In this document: piece by piece, positions 24,715 to 37,562 of the stretch
How positions within the stretch are numbered: the first letter of the stretch is position 1
How the letters are laid out: each line of letters opens with the position of its first letter
DNA from: Pecten maximus
Lineage: Eukaryota
Direction of reading: 5' to 3'
Assembly (NCBI RefSeq): GCF_902652985.1
Contig: NC_047023.1
Coordinates: forward strand, 8,990,001-9,054,000
DNA length: 64,000 bases
The notes under the pieces: generated by a model
Told to the model about the DNA's origin: nothing
The model's input: only the letters and a program-made list of their open reading frames with translations
Database searches by the model: none
Translations under genes and position numbers: made by a program

Positions 24715-27460
24715 TGAGTTTTGATGTTGGAACAGTGTGTAGGTCTAGTTGTTAGAGTCTGGATGTGGAACAGTGTGTAGGTCTAGTTGTTTGTGTCTGG
24801 ACATTGGAACAGTGTGTAGGTCTAGTTGTTTGAGTCTGGACGTTGGAACAGTGTGTAGGTCTAGTTGTTAGAGTCTAGATGTTGGAACAGTGTGTAGGTC
24901 TAGTTGTTTGTGTCTGGATGTGGAACAGTGTGTAGGTCTAGGTGTGGAGTCTGGATGTTGGAACAGTGTGTAGGTCTAGTTGTTAGAGTCTGGATGTTGG
25001 AACAGTGTGTAGGTCTAGTTGTTAGAGTCTGGATGTGGAACAGTGTGTAGGTCTAGTTGTTTAGAGTCTGGATGTTGGAACAGTGTGTAGGTCTAGTTGT
25101 TTAGAGTCTGGACGTTGGAACAGTGTGTAGGTCTAGTTGTTTGTGTCTGGATGTTGGAACAGTGTGTAGGTCTAGTTGTTTGAGTCTGGATGTTGGAACA
25201 GTGTGTAGGTCTAGTTGTCTGGATGTTGGAACAGTGTGTAGGTCTAGTTGTGTCTGGATGTTGGAACAGTGTGTAGGTCTAGTTGTTAGAGTCTGGATGT
25301 TGGAACAGTGTGTAGGTCTAGTTGTTAGTGTCTGGATGTTGGAACAGTGTGTAGGTCTAGTTGTTAGTGTCTGGATGTTGGAACAGTGTGTAGGTCTAGT
25401 TGTTAGTGTCTGGATGTTGGAACAGTGTGTAGGTCTAGTTGTTAGTGTCTGGATGTTGGAACAGTGTGTAGGTCTAGTTGTCTGGATGTTGGAACAGTGT
25501 GTAGGTCTAGTTGTTAGAGTCTAGATGTTGGAACAGTGTGTAGGTCTAGTTGTTAGAGTCTAGATGTTGGAACAGTGTGTAGGTCTAGTTGTTAGAGTCT
25601 GGATGTTGGAACAGTGTGTAGGTCTAGATGTTGGAACAGTGTGTAGGTCTAGTTGTCTGAGTCTGGATGTTGGAACAGTGTGTAGGTCTAGATGTTGGAA
25701 CAGTGTGTAGGTCTAGATGTTGGAACAGTGTGTAGGTCTAGTTGTTAGAGTCTGGATGTTGGAACAGTGTGTAGGTCTAGATGTTGGAACAGTGTGTAGG
25801 TCTAGTTGTTAGAGTCTGGATGTTGGAACAGTGTGTAGGTCTAGATGTTGGAACAGTGTGTAGGTCTAGATGTTGGAACAGTGTGTAGGTCTAGTTGTTG
25901 GAACAGTGTGTAGGTCTAGTTGTTTGGATGTTGGAACAGTGTGTAGGTCTAGTTGTTAGAGTCTGGATGTTGGAACAGTGTGTAGGTCTAGTTGTCTGAG
26001 TCTGGATGTTGGAACAGTGTGTAGGTCTAGTTGTTAGAGTCTAGATGTTGGAACAGTGTGTAGGTCTAGTTGTTAGAGTCTGGATGTTGGAACAGTGTGT
26101 AGGTCTAGATGTTGGAACAGTGTGTAGGTCTAGTTGTTAGAGTCTAGATGTTGGAACAGTGTGTAGGTCTAGTTGTTAGAGTCTGGATGTTGGAACAGTG
26201 TGTAGGTCTAGTTGTCTGAGTCTGGATGTTGGAACAGTGTGTAGGTCTAGTTGTTAGAGTCTAGATGTTGGAACAGTGTGTAGGTCTAGTTGTTAGAGTC
26301 TAGATGTTGGAACAGTGTGTAGGTCTAGTTGTTTGGATGTTGGAACAGTGTGTAGGTCTAGTTGTTTGAGTTTTGATGTTGGAACAGTGTGTAGGTCTAG
26401 TTGTTAGAGTCTGGATATTGGAACAGTGTGTAGGTCTAGATGTGTGAGTCTAGATGTTGGAACAGTGTGTAGGTCTAGTTGTCTGGGTCTGGATGTTGGA
26501 ACAGTGTGTAGGTCTAGTTGTTTGAGTCTGGATGTTGGAACAGTGTGTAGGTCTAGTTGTCTGGGTCTGGATGTTGGAACAGTGTGTAGGTCTAGTTGTT
26601 AGTCTCTGGATGTTGGAACAGTGTGTAGGTCTAGTTGTCTGGATGTTGGAACAGTGTGTAGGTCTAGTTGTTAGAGTCTGGATGTTGGAACAGTGTGTAG
26701 GTCTAGTTGTTAGAGTCTGGATGTTGGAACAGTGTGTAGGTCTAGTTGTTAGTGTCTGGATGTTGGAACAGTGTGTAGGTCTAGTTGTCTTGAGTCTGGA
26801 TGTTGGAACAGTGTGTAGGTCTAGTTGTCTAGATGTTGGAACAGTGTGTAGGTCTAGTTGTTTGTGTCTGGATGTTGGGAAAGTGTGTAGGTCTAGTTGT
26901 AAAGTCTGGATGTTGGAACAGTGTGTAGGTCTAGTTGTTGGAGTCTGGATGTTGGAACAGTGTGTAGGTCTAGTTGTCTAGATGTTGGAACAGTGTGTAG
27001 GTCTAGTTGTTTGAGTCTGGACGTTGGAACAGTGTGTAGGACTAGTTGTTAGAGTCTGGATGTTGTAACAGTGTGTAGGTCTAGTTGTTGGAGTGTGGAT
27101 GTTGGAACAGTGTGTAGGTCTAGTTGTTTGAGTCTGGACGTTGGAACAGTGTGTAGGACTAGTTGTTTGAGTCTGGACGTTGGAACAGTGTGTAGGTCTA
27201 GTTGTTAGAGTCTGGATGTTGTAACAGTGTGTAGGTCTAGTTGTTGGAGTGTGGATGTTGGAACAGTGTGTAGGTCTAGTTGTCTGGATGTTGGAACAGT
27301 GTGTAGGTCGAGTTGTCTGGATGTTGGAACAGTGTGTAGGTCTAGTTGTCTGGATGTTGGAACAGTGTGTAGGTCGAGTTGTCTGGATGTTGGAACAGTG
27401 TGTAGGTCTAGTTGTCTGAATGTTGGAACAGTGTGTATAGGTCTAGTTGTTCGAGTCTTG
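24715..27460. repeat. Composite minisatellite: constant 25-bp core (gatgttggaacagtgtgtaggtcta) plus a variable 0-15-bp linker; units mostly 25/33/39/40 bp, ~75 copies
   Basis: The core is nearly invariant; the linkers (gttgttagagtctg, gttgtttgagtctg, gttgtctg, or none) are derivatives of one sequence. Confidence 0.97.
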
Positions 27461-28164
27461 ATGTCAGAACATTATAAGTTATCAGAATTTGGATGTACAT
27501 TGTACATCTTGTAGACAGAACCTGGGAAAAAGTGTACTCTCAGGTAGACCCTGTCAGTCTCCCTGTATAAAGTTGAAGCTATGAATGGCTGGTATGAGGA
27601 AGGTATGAGTGTTGATGGATTCACCTTTAATCAATGGTATGCTTTAGTGTACTGCAGTAGAATAGCTGGTTCATTACCTGGTCTGAAATCTTTCTCTTCT
27701 GTCAGGATGTGCAAGATGAACGAATCGGAAATAGGAGGGTTTGTCAGTTTTATTTGGTCAGTTATCATTGGGTCGTGATTTACAGCCGAGGTTGACATCA
27801 CACTGGCACGGTCAATGAGATGAGAGGTAGAAAGTACACCTGATGTATCGTCTACCTACCTAGCTAAGACAATGAGAGGACTCCTCTGAAGAGCTTGTCT
27901 GATATACATCCGCCTTCACAATATGTACCCTACAAGTACACATTAACATACTGACCCTACCGAGAGACAGACATGGCTGTCCTGATCTGGTCACCAGCTT
28001 GTCCCCTGATGTGCAAGCTTCCATAGAACACTCTGTCCTAGTCGCAAGTCAACCAGAGCTATATAAAATCTGATCTATTGTAGACGGGCCTGTATGAAAT
28101 GTCAGTTTTATATAAATATCTTGTAAATATGACAACATTGATGATGATTTTGTAACGATCGTAA

Positions 28165-28575
28165 GGATGTAGTTCATTTGATGGAGATTTATTAATTGAG
28201 AGAGATTTAGTTCATTGATAAAGATTTAGTCAATTAATAGAGATTTAGTTCATCAATAGAGATTTAGTTCATTAATAGAGATTTAGTTCATCAATAGAGA
28301 TTTATTCATTTATAGAGAATTAGTCAATTAATACATATTTAGTTCATTAATAGAGATTTAGTTCATCAATAGAGATTTATTCATTAATAGAGATTCAGTT
28401 CATTAATAGAGATTCATTCTTTGATAGAGAATTAGTCAATTAATACAAATTTAGTTAATTAATAAAAATTTAGTTCATTAATAAAAATTTAGTTCATTAA
28501 TAGAAATTTAGTTCATTAATAGAGACTTAGTTCATTAATAGAGATTTATTCTTTGATAGAATTTAGTAATTTAGT
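28165..28575. repeat. AT-rich minisatellite, 18-19-bp unit (agagatttagttcattaat), ~21 copies
   Basis: Direct inspection. Confidence 0.92.
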
Positions 28576-29933
28576 AGTTTTATTTATCTGTCCGTACATC
28601 ACAAGAGGTTTTCCTGAGTTTGTCATACACTCAATAATACTGATAGAATGACTATATTTTTCTAATGAGTGATCTTTTTGAATCAATCATCAATTCTGTG
28701 CATTCAAGTTCAAAAATTTGACATTAATCGTCTGTGTAAGAAGCCTCCCATTGTCTTGGATGTTTTACTTCTCTCTTTAGTCTGATACTAAAGGTTTTTT
28801 CTCTCTTTAGTCTGATACTAAAGGTTTTGTCCTAGATACAATCAAGAAAAAAATAAGGTCATCATGCTTTTGAAGAACATTCTTGATAAACTATTATGAA
28901 ACAAAAGAGTGAACATTTAAGCAAAATTGTAATTCAAACTCTCTGATGTGCTGACTCGGCAATATTCCTCAATTTTGTGTATTTTACCGACTAGAAGTCA
29001 TCCGACATTGGCAGAATCTTGTCATAAAGAACTGTCTTCTTCTTAATTGTCATTTGAACTCGTGTTTCTTGACACAACAGGTCCCTAGGGCCTGCTTCTT
29101 GCCCGGGGATGAAAACTGATGAGGTGTTATGACCGTGGAATATGGCCTTTGTTGTCCATTAGTGTACGCATATAATACCATTTATACAGGCGATGGGCTT
29201 CTATAAACGGAGCTATTGGAGACCGTCAAGAAAATACAAAAAAACCTGATAGTAGACATTAAGCTAAAACTAAACATTAATGGCTATAATCGGAACCAGG
29301 GGGGGAAAAATAATGTGTTACTATGGCGATTTGGAATATAATCAGCTATTGATAACGGCAGCCTATGGTGATATTTAAAGCTAAGCGTACATGTAACACC
29401 TAATTTGCATATTGAATTTCTGTATCATCATACGTATTGATTAAGTAATCAAGTTCTGAAATGTGAAAAAGCCGAGAAGGTGAATCTTGTATTCGAATAT
29501 GTGACGTTTGACCCTGGCTGTAGTCAGAGCACGTTAATAAATGTCTATTTTATGATTTTATCTGAGATATTGATAGCGAGATAATATTCATCGGGCATAA
29601 TTACAATGAGAAAATCACATTCTTCTTGGAAATGGCCTTATCTAAGGATGAAGATAAAATACCACCAGGGTCCGTGGGACAAGCTGACATTGAACAGTAC
29701 CTGATTCGTTATTATCGATTACAACCATTCAGGTACAAATCCGTATTCTCCATTACAGAATCGTCCAGGATTGGCAGCATGGAATCGATCCATGCTTAGA
29801 AAAAAAAAAAAATTCTAATATTTTATGACAAGTTTGATCAATGGAATTTTGATTATCATTGTATCAAGATCAATAAATATTATAGAAAGCTGTCTAATTA
29901 TTCATAATTAATTACTAGGGGTCTTTGGTGTAA

Positions 29934-31676
29934 TTTTTTAGCCCACCATCATCAGATGGTGGGCTATTCAAATCGCCCTGCGTCCGTGGTCCGTCGTCCG
30001 TCCGTCCGTCCCTCCGTCCGTCCGTAAACAATTCTTGTTATCGCTATTTCTCCGAAAGTACTGAAGGGATCTTTCTCAAACTTCATATGTAGGTTCCCCT
30101 TGGTGCCTAGTTATGCATATTGCATTTTGAGACCAATCAGAAAACAACATAGCCGACAGGCAGCCATCTTGGATTTTGACAATTGAAGTTTGTTATCGCT
30201 AATTCTCAGAAAGCACTGAAGGGATCTTTCTCAAATTTCATATATAGGTTCCTCTTGGTGCCTAGTTATGCATATTGCATTTTGAGACCAATCGGAAAAC
30301 AACATGGCCGACAGGCAGCCATCTTGGATTTTGACAATTGAAGTTTGTTATCGCTAATTCTCAGAAAGCACTGAAGGGATCTTCCTCAAATTTCAAATAT
30401 AGGTACCCCTTGGTGCCTAGTTATGCATATTGCATTTTGAGACCAATCGGAAAACAACATGGCCGACAGGCAGCCATCTTGGATTTTGACAATTGAAGTT
30501 TGTTATCGCTATTTCTCAGAAAATACTGAAGGGATCTTTCTCAAATTTAATATGTAGGTTCCCCTTGATGCTTAGTTATGCATATTGCATTTTGAGACTA
30601 ATCGGAAAAACAACATGGCCGACAGGCAGCCATCTTGGATTTTGACATTTGAAGTTTGTTATCGCTATTTCGTAGAAAGTACTGAAGGGATTTTTCTAAA
30701 ATTTCATATGTAGGTTTCCCTTGATGCTTAATTATGCATATTGCATTTTGAGACTAATCGGAAAACAACATGGCCGACAGGCAGCCATCTTGGATTTTGA
30801 CAATTGGAAGTTTGTTATCGCTTTTTCTAAGAAAATAATAAAGGGATCTTCCTCAAATTTCATATGTAGGTTCCCCTTGGTGCCTAGTTATGCATATTGT
30901 ATTTTGAGACTAATCAGAAAACAACATGGCCGACAGGCAGCCATCTTGGATTTCGAAAATTGAAACTTGTTGTCGCTATTTCTAAGAAACTGATGAAGGG
31001 ATCTTCCTGAAATTTCATATGTAGGTTCCCCTCGGTGTCTAGTTATGCATATTGCATTTTGAGACCAATCAGAAAACAACATGGCCGACAGGTAGCCATC
31101 TTGGATTTTGACAATTGAAGTTTGTTATCGCTATTTCTAAGATAGTATTGAAGGAATCTTCCTGAAATTTCATATGTAGGTTCCCCTTGGTGCCTAGTTA
31201 TGCATATTGTATTTTGAGACTAATCGGAAAACAACATGGCTGACAGGCAGCCATCTTGGATTTCGAAAATTGAAACTTGTTATCGCTATTTGTAAGAAAC
31301 TGATGAAGGGATCTTCCTGAAATTTCATATGTAGGTTCCCCTCGATGTTTAGTTATGCATATTGAGACCAATCGGAAAACAACATGGCCAACAGGCAGCC
31401 ATCTTGGATTTTGACAATTGAAGTTTGTTATCGCTATTTCTCAGAAAGTACTGAAGGAATCTTTCTCAAATTCCATGTATAGGTTCCCCTTGGTGCCTAA
31501 ATCTTAAATTTTATATATAGGTTGCCCTTGTTTGAAAAGTACTAGAGGCTTCTTCTGAATTTACACAGATTAGTAAGACTTAGAAGAAGAGAAAAGTAGG
31601 GAAAAGATCAATCTGACATGGAACCTATGAAGAACATTCAATGGTGGGCGCCAAGATCCCTCTGGGATCTCTTGTT
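29934..31676 (+). mobile_element. Non-autonomous Helentron (HINE/DINE-1-like) with an internal array of ~9.4 x 155-bp repeats
   Basis: T-run; 5' subTIR plus inverted repeat gcccaccat-catcag-atggtgggc; (gtcc)n microsatellite; 155-bp units (cagccatctt at 30161, 30316, 30471); 3' subTIR atggtgggc (31641); hairpin agatccc-tct-gggatct; ends in a T-run with no TSD. Confidence 0.92.
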
Positions 31677-31918
31677 TTTATTGACTTTACCGTGTTTATC
31701 GTAGTTTTATTCTAAAAGCATTCATTCTATTATTCCACTGTTGAAACATATCTTATTTGCAAAAAACTAAATTCATAGGTCCACAAATGAATATAGATTT
31801 CTAATAAGTCTTCTCACTCATAAACTGACACTAGAGAAAGATGGAGACATTTTTTTTCAATTTTAATTCTTTTTTATTTCCTCCTTTCCTTGGCATTTTA
31901 CATAATATTATACATTCT

Positions 31919-32223
31919 CGTTTGTTTGTATGCTGGGTTTATCGCCCCATGAACAGCCAGGTTCATTTTTAGATGGAGTCTCTTTGTAGTAGCTGGTGAC
32001 TACCTCACTGAACAACATACGAGAGACTAGTCACATGCCATCCAGAGCAGCAAGGGTAAAGTGTCTTGCCCAAGGACACAACCGCAAGTCAGCACAGACC
32101 GGTCCGTTTCTCAGCTTCCCGAGAAACGAAAACCAACACGGGTATAGGAAGTGTTAAACCAATCATCTCGGATCTTCACCCGAGTTTAAGTTACTGGTAC
32201 TGACTAAGCTGCCGTGGCTCCCT
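31919..32223 (-). mobile_element. tRNA-derived CORE-SINE, near full length
   Basis: Minus strand: head ggagccacggcagcttagtcagta; CORE motif gtgtccttgggcaagacactttacc; tail ..aaacaaac. Confidence 0.85.
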
Positions 32224-32368
32224 CTACATACATATACAAAATAGTACTCTTACATATAGGTATAGAAGTACTACATAAAGCTATAAGGAACCTCTTGAAT
32301 AAGTAATATTTTATTGGTAGCTCGATTCTGTGTTGAATATGTATATATATTTATATACGGTATACATA

Positions 32369-32497
32369 TGTAGCGGAACTGGAGAGGGTCGATTGTCGAC
32401 GATCAGGTAGCTCAGACAGTAGTGTGTCCGTCTAGAGTTCGGAGGGTCCTGGATTCGAACCCCAGTCTGGTTGTCATTTTCTCTTTCTCCTGTTACA
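32369..32497 (+). mobile_element. 129-bp solo LTR containing a tRNA-like cloverleaf (Helenus-like non-autonomous LTR element)
   Basis: cata|TGtagcgg...cctgttaCA|cata: TG..CA ends, imperfect terminal inverted repeat, 4-bp TSD. Internal 32401-32473 folds as a tRNA with A box tagctcagacagt and B box gattcgaacc. Confidence 0.8.
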
Positions 32498-34164
32498 CAT
32501 ATATTGAAATCAATAAAACTCTGATATGCAATCAAATTATGTTTAATTAGCATAAGATATTAAAAAAAAAAATCGCATTTGCAATTAGTAATATTGCATT
32601 GATATATAGTGTTGGTAAGAGAAATCATATTGATTGACAAATATCAATCCCCCTACCTAATATCAAAGCTTCTTTTCTTACAGTAAACAATCTTTATTAA
32701 AATACTGGCCTTCATATTTAGCCAATTTCAATTACTGTGTTATTATTAGCTTATAATCTACTGTTAAGTAACTACATACTTTATATATGACAATGCACAC
32801 ATCTTGCTGGTAATAACCGTTTGAATTATTTAAAATTGGATGTATTTATTTTCTCTTTGAGTATAAGCCTATTGATCTATTATGGTATAGATTTAATTCT
32901 AACAAATACTATATTTGCTATTTGCTACATGTTTTTGAAGTTTTATAATCAATGTACAATTGATTGTTACAGATAATAATATCCTATATTTGTTATTATC
33001 TAATATAATAGTACTACAATATTATTAGATCACAGATTATACATCGGATTAGGTTTTGTTAAACTTGACAAGATTAACTTTAATAAAAGGAACATTATGT
33101 GTTATTTAAAGATCTTAATAATTATCTAATTCATCTGCATTTTAAATCCTGGCAATAATGGCCTTAGGCACCAGAGATCAAAGCAAAGATTTTTTTTATA
33201 AATATAATATTTTGTAACCTTGCTTTCTAAATTAGGAAATCAACATTGCAGTTAGAATTTAACGTGTGCGGTCATGTGGAACAGTCCATGATAAACTCCT
33301 GATTAGAAAAAATCTCCTGTGTTATGTACTTATGGCTAATTTCATTGTTACCTAACATTACCCCTTAACACCTTGATGATGTTATCCAAGGTAAGATTTA
33401 GAGGATTAACATGTTCACACTGACCACGGCCGGCACACTTCTCATCAATGGTTATCAAAAGTTACATCTCAACGCATATTTCATTTTCGGCTTTTGTACC
33501 TGGCCAGGTATTGTGATTAGTTTCTCCCCAGGTAAACTGACACACCTGGCCAGAGGCAACACATGTACAATAGTCAACACAACATGTGTTTTTATCTGTC
33601 CTTTTCCCAGCGGCCCTTGTGGCATGTCCTTCAGCTTACATATAGCATACTTTTGTCTGGAAATATGTCAAGGACATGACCAGAGTTCTGTTAAAGCTCC
33701 CAGCATGCATGTGTGCGTTGTGTAATGGGCCTGCCCCCTAGTTGTGACCATTCCCCTTACAAAGGGAGGTAATTACCAGTATGGAGGACCCTTGTGTTAT
33801 CCAATCAAATATCCGCTCAATCATTGTAGCTATTCAAACATGAGGAGAGGCTTTGTAAGGGATTTTGATATAAACCATGTCAGATGCAAGAGAACATTGG
33901 AGGGGCTTTGTGTAAGGTGTCAGAAATTAGATTTACAATGACTAGAGAAAGGGGCAGGGAGGGGGCCGATGTTGCAGATGTTTTATTTGGTACTTCAACA
34001 CATTGTCCCCCTCGAGCATCATTTTATCCTAAAGAAAAATGTAACAAAAGAAGAAAAATGAATTATAAAATATTGAATGAAGAAAATAAAGTAAATTTGA
34101 GATTCTGTATGCATTGGTCATGATATTCTAAGCTGGTCATTCTGAACAGGAATCTAGGACTTGA

Positions 34165-34585
34165 TGTGCTGGTCAGTTAGAGCACCCATTGGTATCTTAA
34201 GACTGGTCAGTGGTATCAAGTCTAAGCATTTCTATGCTGGTCAGTTGGAACACCCATAGGTATCTATAAGACTGGTCAGTGGTTCAAGTCTGGTCATTGG
34301 TCACTTTCTGCGCTGGTCAGTTGGAACACCCATAGGTATCTATAAGACTGGTCAGTGGTTCAAGTCTGGTCATTGGTCACTTTCTGTGCTGGTCAGTTGG
34401 AACACCCATAGGTATCTATAAGACTGGTCAGTGGTTCAAGTCTGGTCATTGGTCACTTTCTGTGCTGGTCAGTTGGAACACCCATAGGTATCGATAAGAC
34501 TGGTCAGTGGTTCAAGTCTGATTGGTCACTTTCTGTACTGGTCAATTGGAACACCCATAGGTATCTAATTATAAGATCAGTGGTA
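34165..34585 (+). repeat. 76-bp tandem array (~5.5 copies) with A-box-like and B-box-like motifs
   Basis: gctggtcag at 34312 and 34388 (period 76); each unit has tggtcagttgg ... ggttcaagtc; the first copy reads gtcagttagagcacc. Confidence 0.9.
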
Positions 34586-37081
34586 TATTACTGATTATAT
34601 TTCTCACCCTTCATCATACCAAGCTCAGCACCATTACAAAATACAAGTCTATTGCCTTCAAGTGGCAAACCCAATTTTCCCTTGAGAGAAAGTTAATCGT
34701 CACAGTGACCAAATCATATACAGAACATGGCCACTAATTGAAGCAATTGCTCCATTTTTGTAGCACTCCGAACTAATCTGTACTAATTAAGGTAGTAAGT
34801 ACCGTGCTTAGTACCTACATCCAATTCACCTGACAGTAATTGACGGTCATTGTTGTCCCCCTAAGTCATTTGTAACCAGCTAATGGTCCGAAGTATTGAC
34901 CTAAGTACTTGCTAATCACACGTGATTGCAATGCCCACTGGCCCATTCTAAAGTTGTTGCCTGCACAATGTCCGTTGTAAAAGGTTTTCCACATTTTGTA
35001 TGCCATATCTGAACTAGACTAACAAACTCTAATACGGCACCTGATCTCTGTCAAGGAGACTCTTCAAGTTGGCAATACATTTAGATTATGTGTGACATGA
35101 CACTAAACCTTTAGAAGATGGTGATTTGGTCATAAAATGGACCCTGTTGGTCTGATGTTTGTAATTGAATTTTTTCATTATGACACAGATGGGGATTTTT
35201 ATTCAAACACTTCCTCATGTCACATTGAGATTTCTATTGTGGTTTAAATGTTTTCTTCCTAGGTCATTGTATAATGATAAAGCGAGCCAATGTCATGACC
35301 TCTGTGTGGGGTTTGACAGATATCAATGTGTCAGTTATACCCTGTACCCTTGACATCGTAAAACAGGTGGAAAGCGATGTTCTCCGACGGAACAAAAATC
35401 ACCAGCAACTTGACGAAAAAGTGTAGCTATAATCTACATTTATTAAAATACCTTCAAATTTTTTTGAAAAACACACACAAACAGACGTCTGCACATTTTT
35501 GATTATTGATAGAAACTGCAGTTATAGCAGTACACATCAAATTAAGGTAAAAAAAAATCTGTCAAAATATTGTCTTTCATTTCATTGTCACCGCCTGTAA
35601 GATGTCCAAAAAATTTAACACAGGGCGATTAGGTTATGGCGGAACATTTCACAGGGTTTAATTTCTATGTAAGGCAGAATACTATTATAACAGTTTAGAG
35701 TATTTTTTGTAAGAAGATATTGGGAGGAGTTAACTACACTTACACACAGAGTCTAAATCAGAATTTGTGTAACAGAAAAGGAGATGAAACCTTACTGGGT
35801 GCCGGCTTTATACGATTAATCAGGAGTAACGAGGTCCTGATGGCTGCTTGTTTGCCGTGTCCACCCAGACATCTAATAGCCCGGAAACGTCCAGCAGGGA
35901 CATTCTCCCTATCTCCCCGCCATAGTGGAAACAAGTGTCTCGCAGATGGTCAATTTTACTTTCTGTTTGGGTTGCCAAGGACAATTGTGAAAAGAGGTTT
36001 GGCCAGGCCAGGAGATTTCCATTGATTTTGTGATTTTTCCCCCGGACTATACAGCTTGATGGATTCAACACTTATCTTAGGGACATAAAAAACTCCTACA
36101 CAAATTTGTTTTACGTAATAAACATATTGAAAATCACATCATATTGATGAAAGTCTCATGTATTCTCATGGTTTTTTCAATTGGCCAATTTTTGTACTGA
36201 TCTTTTCAAAAAAAAAATTTTTGTTTACATCTCGTAAAACTGACCATACTTTGGTGAAGTGGACAGTGGTCATTAGATGGAGGAACTGACCACATCAGGA
36301 TGGATCAGTGCTAAAACCCAATGACAGGGTCCATAATTACATAGTGTCTTAATAACGATATCTACTGGTCAGCAACTTGTCACTCTTTCTTGTCTGGACG
36401 CTGGTCAAGGACTTCCAATGTCTCCCACCTTCCAGGACTTGAATGGTCAGAGTAATTTTAATTTCACGGTTAGTCCACTCATAAAAACTTGCTTATAAAT
36501 ATATTCTGAAGAATTTCTTTTTGAATTTGAAATATAATAAAGTGTTCCGCAGTCTTGTGGTCTTAATTATTCAGTCTGTTTAAATTTAATGTAGTAAATA
36601 ACATTGATGAATTTCAAAAAAGCAGTTTAGATAAAATTCCAGACGGTCATTTGACTTGAGATGGTCATTTGGCTCACGAGTTACGGAGTTTAAGATGTCA
36701 TTGACAGTAAATCAGCGAAACGAACTACTAATGACCCTCATCATCGTGTTGATTCAGCCATTCTAGACATTGTCTCTGGATTTCATGTCTACAACATTGA
36801 TCATGGACCATATAAATAGCTTCATTCCTCCTCCACTTTTGCACTCTAGGAAAAAATTGTCACCAAATTGTCTGGAGGACAAAGGAAAGGGATACTGATA
36901 GATTTCTAGCTTCCCTAATGCTGACATTTTCACTCTTGTATATATTCTCAACTTGTGTACTTGTGAAGCCGGTGACAGGCAAGTCACATCCATACTACCC
37001 TAGGTCAGAAGATCTATGGAGGAACTAGATCATTTCAATTGGCAGACGGGGGTATGTTTATATTTATCTATTTTTTTAACG

Positions 37082-37350
37082 TTATTAGTCCCCTACTGAT
37101 AAAATTGGGGGGACTATGTTTCCTCCTAATCCATCTGTCCATCCGTCCGTCTGTCCTCTCAGTTTTCCACTCTTTTCTCGGTCATGTTTCAAGGTGTGTA
37201 GGTGAAAGTTGGTATGTAACTTCAGCATGAGTAGCTATACAGATGAGGTTTTAGAGTTTTTGGCTCAAGGTCAAGGTCACTGTTACTATTCTTAATAGAG
37301 GTCAATAGGGGACATGTATTGCTTTAGCAATACCCGCAGTATACTTGTTT
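37082..37350 (+). mobile_element. Short HINE/DINE-1-like non-autonomous Helentron, complete structure
   Basis: 5' agtcccct..ggggact palindrome, (gtcc)n, single body unit, 3' subTIR taggggac, hairpin gtattgc-ttta-gcaatac, cttgttt end. Confidence 0.82.
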
Positions 37351-37364
37351 ATTTTACAGCCATT

Positions 37365-37562
37365 GCCAAACAAGTCACATCAGCCTATAGTAATCACACT
37401 GCCATGGACCGGATGGAAGTGAGCGAGAGGTCTTAGTATGAGAGAAAGCCAGAGTAGACCCAGGGAAAACCAACGTTGGTCGAACAGGTGACCCCATACC
37501 TTTTTCACGTCTGATCAGGGAATCCAACCCCGGTCGCCTAGGTGAGAGGCCAGTGTTACCAG
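37365..37562 (-). mobile_element. tRNA-derived SINE (second family, V/Meta-like domain)
   Basis: Minus strand: ggtaacactggcctctcacctaggcgaccggggttggattccc head; ggttttccctgggt..ctctggctttc centre. It shares caggtgaccccataccttt with 40864-40986. Confidence 0.8.

Noticed and set aside
24715-27460. CRISPR-like look: constant 25-bp core with variable intervening sequence
   Set aside because: The linkers are 0-15 bp and are variants of one sequence, not unique spacers; there are no cas genes and the context is eukaryotic.
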